The notes under the pieces were generated by a model that saw nothing but the letters and a program-made list of their open reading frames with translations, searched no databases and was not told where the DNA came from. A program made the translations under genes and the position numbers. 64,000 bases of DNA from Lama guanicoe (Eukaryota): the NCBI GenBank assembly GCA_013239625.1, contig MU054391.1, positions 6,965,824 to 7,029,823 of the forward strand, read 5' to 3'. Of the stretch, positions 61,546-64,000 are shown piece after piece; positions within the stretch are counted from its first letter, which is position 1; each line of letters opens with the position of its first letter.

Positions 61546-61743
61546 GTTACCATCTGGAGCCTCACCACATCCGGCCCTTCCAGCTGGCCGTGGCCCAGAA
61601 GCTCCTCTCCCACGTGTGTTCAATTGCGGATTCCAGCACCCAGAACCTGGACTTGGGGTCTTTCGAGAAGGTGGACTTTCTGATTTGTGTTCCACCCTCC
61701 GAAGTGACCTACCAGCAGACCCTGCTCCATGTCTGGCATTCAG
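61546..61743 (+). CDS. GREB1: GREB1 coding exon 13 (SYHLEPHHIRPF...LHVWHS)
   Basis: Acceptor ttccag; 198 nt; donor CAG|GTATGC. Confidence 0.96.
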
Positions 61744-62400
61744 GTATGCACCTTTTGGGATGAATGTGGTGTCTGTTTACTTTCAGATTTGGATTTTAAT
61801 ACCATCTTTGCTTCTAAAGTAGATGAGGCAAGTAGTAACACCCCCATTTCATAGCTCACAAAGCGGATGCTCAGGGGAAGTGAATTGTCCATGATTTTAT
61901 TAACTGTTGACTTGAATTTTCCCTCTGTCCCACTGAAGTCAGTGAACTATGTCCCGATAATCTGGCTTTAACTTAACGTATTTTCCCTGTGTCTTTAAAG
62001 GGATTAAACACCAACCACACAGAAAGTCAGTGTCTTCACTCAGAGGATTCACTTTGGAACCCTCTAACCTACGGTCCGGCATTCGGGCCGGAGGTGATTT
62101 TGCTGAGGGTGATGGGGAGGGAGAACTTTCCCTTTGCTTCAGTCACACGTGCCTGGGATCAGCTGCTTCCTGAAGCCAGCCTTGTGGTGCCCACATGGGC
62201 TGCTGTGTGCACCCCACACTGTGGAGCAGGCCCGCCTCCGGGCCCCTCTCCTGCACGACAGTCGTTGGCATGGGGGTCAGCCTCCTTGACTCACCTGCGT
62301 CTCCTGCATCCCCGTAGCCTCGGGGCCCAGCACCACACCTGCCACTTGGAAGGTTCTCGTTGTGTCTGCTGGTGGGTGATGGATTTTCACTGTGTTGCAG

Positions 62401-62581
62401 GGGTTTTACTGGAGCTGGGCTTGGAAGAGGAGCACATGACCAAGCAGAGGGCAGAGCAGTACGTTCTGAAGCTCGATGCCGAGGCGCAGACAAAATTTAA
62501 GGCCTTTCTGCAAAACTCCTTTCAGAACCCGCACACGCTCTTTGTCCTCATCCACGACCACGCCCACTGGGATCTTGTGAG
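62401..62581 (+). CDS. GREB1: GREB1 coding exon 14 (GVLLELGL...FVLIHDHAHWDLV)
   Basis: Acceptor gttgcag; 181 nt; donor GAG|GTTAGA; ends in phase 2. Confidence 0.96.
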
Positions 62582-63955
62582 GTTAGACTGACTTCGCACG
62601 TGGCAGGACTGAGCTCTCCCTTCTTTGGGTTAATCTGTATGGATAGTCCTTGGGACTGTGGGCACAAGACTTAAAGAGATGAATGACGTTGGGGGCTTGG
62701 CACCTGCGGGCGGATGCTGTGGAGGTATTTTAGACCTTGAGGCTGGAAGTTACCTAAGGCATCATCTAGTGCAGCCTCTGAAAGGTGCCGTCATGGAAAC
62801 TATGGAAGGGGAGCATCTCGCTCAGCATCACGGGGCTGGCGTGGAGGTGGGAGGGGGTTAGCGGCAGAGCAGCGGGTGCCACACTGGCGCCAGGAAGGGC
62901 TCCTGACGGGACTTGCTCGGCCCAGACCCCTTCCTGGTGGAGCCTCACTGGCTCGGGACACCATGGGTCACAGCTTGTGCCCTTCCCCGGGGTGATTTTA
63001 CTTACTCAATTCAAATGAATGTAAATCTAGATGAATTTCAGAAGGTGTCAAGCTTGGAGTCTGGCAGGATTCCTGGTGGTTTCCCAGGATGGGTCATCTC
63101 CATGAGCCCGGCCTGGGGTTGTGTGTTTAGACACCGCTGCTGGCATGGATGAGGATGGAAGGAAGGTCATGGGTCGGATCTTAGAGGAAGGCTTTGATTT
63201 AGCTCAGGGTCAGAAGCTGAGGGCTGGCCAGGGCCGTTAAGCTTCACCTAGGTAAAGGGTTTACAGTCAAGTGTCCATGTACGGGCGTGGGGGAGTTTGA
63301 GCATTCTGAATTATGTAGAGAGCTATATGGTGCAGATTCATTTGGGGGTAGGTTTCTCAGAGTGCCTTCCTGCCACCCAAATGGTGAAGTACTGATTTTT
63401 TTTCTATTCCCCTAGATGTACAGAAGAGAACGCTGAGGCCATTGTCCCACAGAGAAAGGCTGAGATGCGCTTGTCTCCTAGGCCCCTTGTCCAAAATGCT
63501 TCCCATTCCTGGTCCTATACTTTTAAATTTAGTATAGAATTTATCATTTTATGTCCTCCCTGGATCATTTCAAGGTCAGTAGGACTTAAAATTTAAGGAG
63601 GCAGGTGCACAGTCAGATTGGGCCAGGGGAGAAAAGGCGACTCACTGCCAGCTCCAGGGCGAGCATCCCTGTCTGCGGACTGGATGGACTGTGTACCTTG
63701 CAGTCAATCGCTATGGATACTGTTCCCCCAGTCAAGCTTTTAATAAGTCATGAGTACTGGGGGAGTCCCTGATCAGTCCCTGAAGCCCAGTCATTTTTTA
63801 AAATTTTATTTTCCTAGTCACGGGGAGAGCCGTTCAGTTGCTGGCAATCTGGGGGGCTTGTTGTCTGTTTATCCAACTGCTTGATCCTCATAAAATTCCA
63901 GAGCAGGTCTCGTTATTCCACTTACCGTTTCTTCTCCCCCTTTTCCTCCCCTCAG

Positions 63956-64000
63956 TAGCACCGTTCATAATCTCTATTCCCAAAGTGACCCGTCCGTGGG
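63956..64000 (+). CDS. GREB1: GREB1 coding exon 15, partial (SSTVHNLYSQSDPSV...)
   Basis: Long pyrimidine tract, then a CAG|TAG acceptor; frame-compatible with the phase-2 donor at 62582; cut by the window edge. Confidence 0.93.

Larger units (their letters stand above)
29011..64000 (+). other. GREB1: GREB1 gene, 5' part of spliced CDS (15 coding exons, ~795 aa, continues past window end)
   Basis: The joined exons read [28 protein letters not shown]...HAHWDLVSSTVHNLYSQSDPSV with no stops. Splice phases are mutually consistent and the peptide matches GREB1 as I know it. Confidence 0.98.

Overview
This is mammalian genomic DNA, most likely from a camelid, judged from three vic-1-like tRNA-derived SINEs. 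It contains the 5' regulatory region and first part of the + strand GREB1 gene. I traced 15 coding exons by hand, from ATG 29011 to the window edge (2387 nt, about 795 aa). The reading frame is intact, one intron is GC-AG, and 13 consecutive introns are phase 1. Upstream are two perfect estrogen response elements (6675, 12393), one imperfect ERE, and three candidate alternative promoters/first exons. Introns and flanks hold L1, L2, MIR, MaLR solo LTRs, MER5A, MER20, SINEs and an 18-bp minisatellite. The most notable observations are: (1) TE-derived remnants of the terminal exons of the human short isoforms GREB1c (disabled here) and GREB1b (acceptor and polyA signal intact, frame shifted); (2) a DHAH Walker-B-like motif; (3) a possible NAGNAG/uORF switch in the 5' UTR; (4) a seed-diverged MIR4429-like locus. 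I see no evidence for a wholly new biological system, and nearly all ORF-track entries are noise. All comparisons with human sequences are from memory and need database confirmation.
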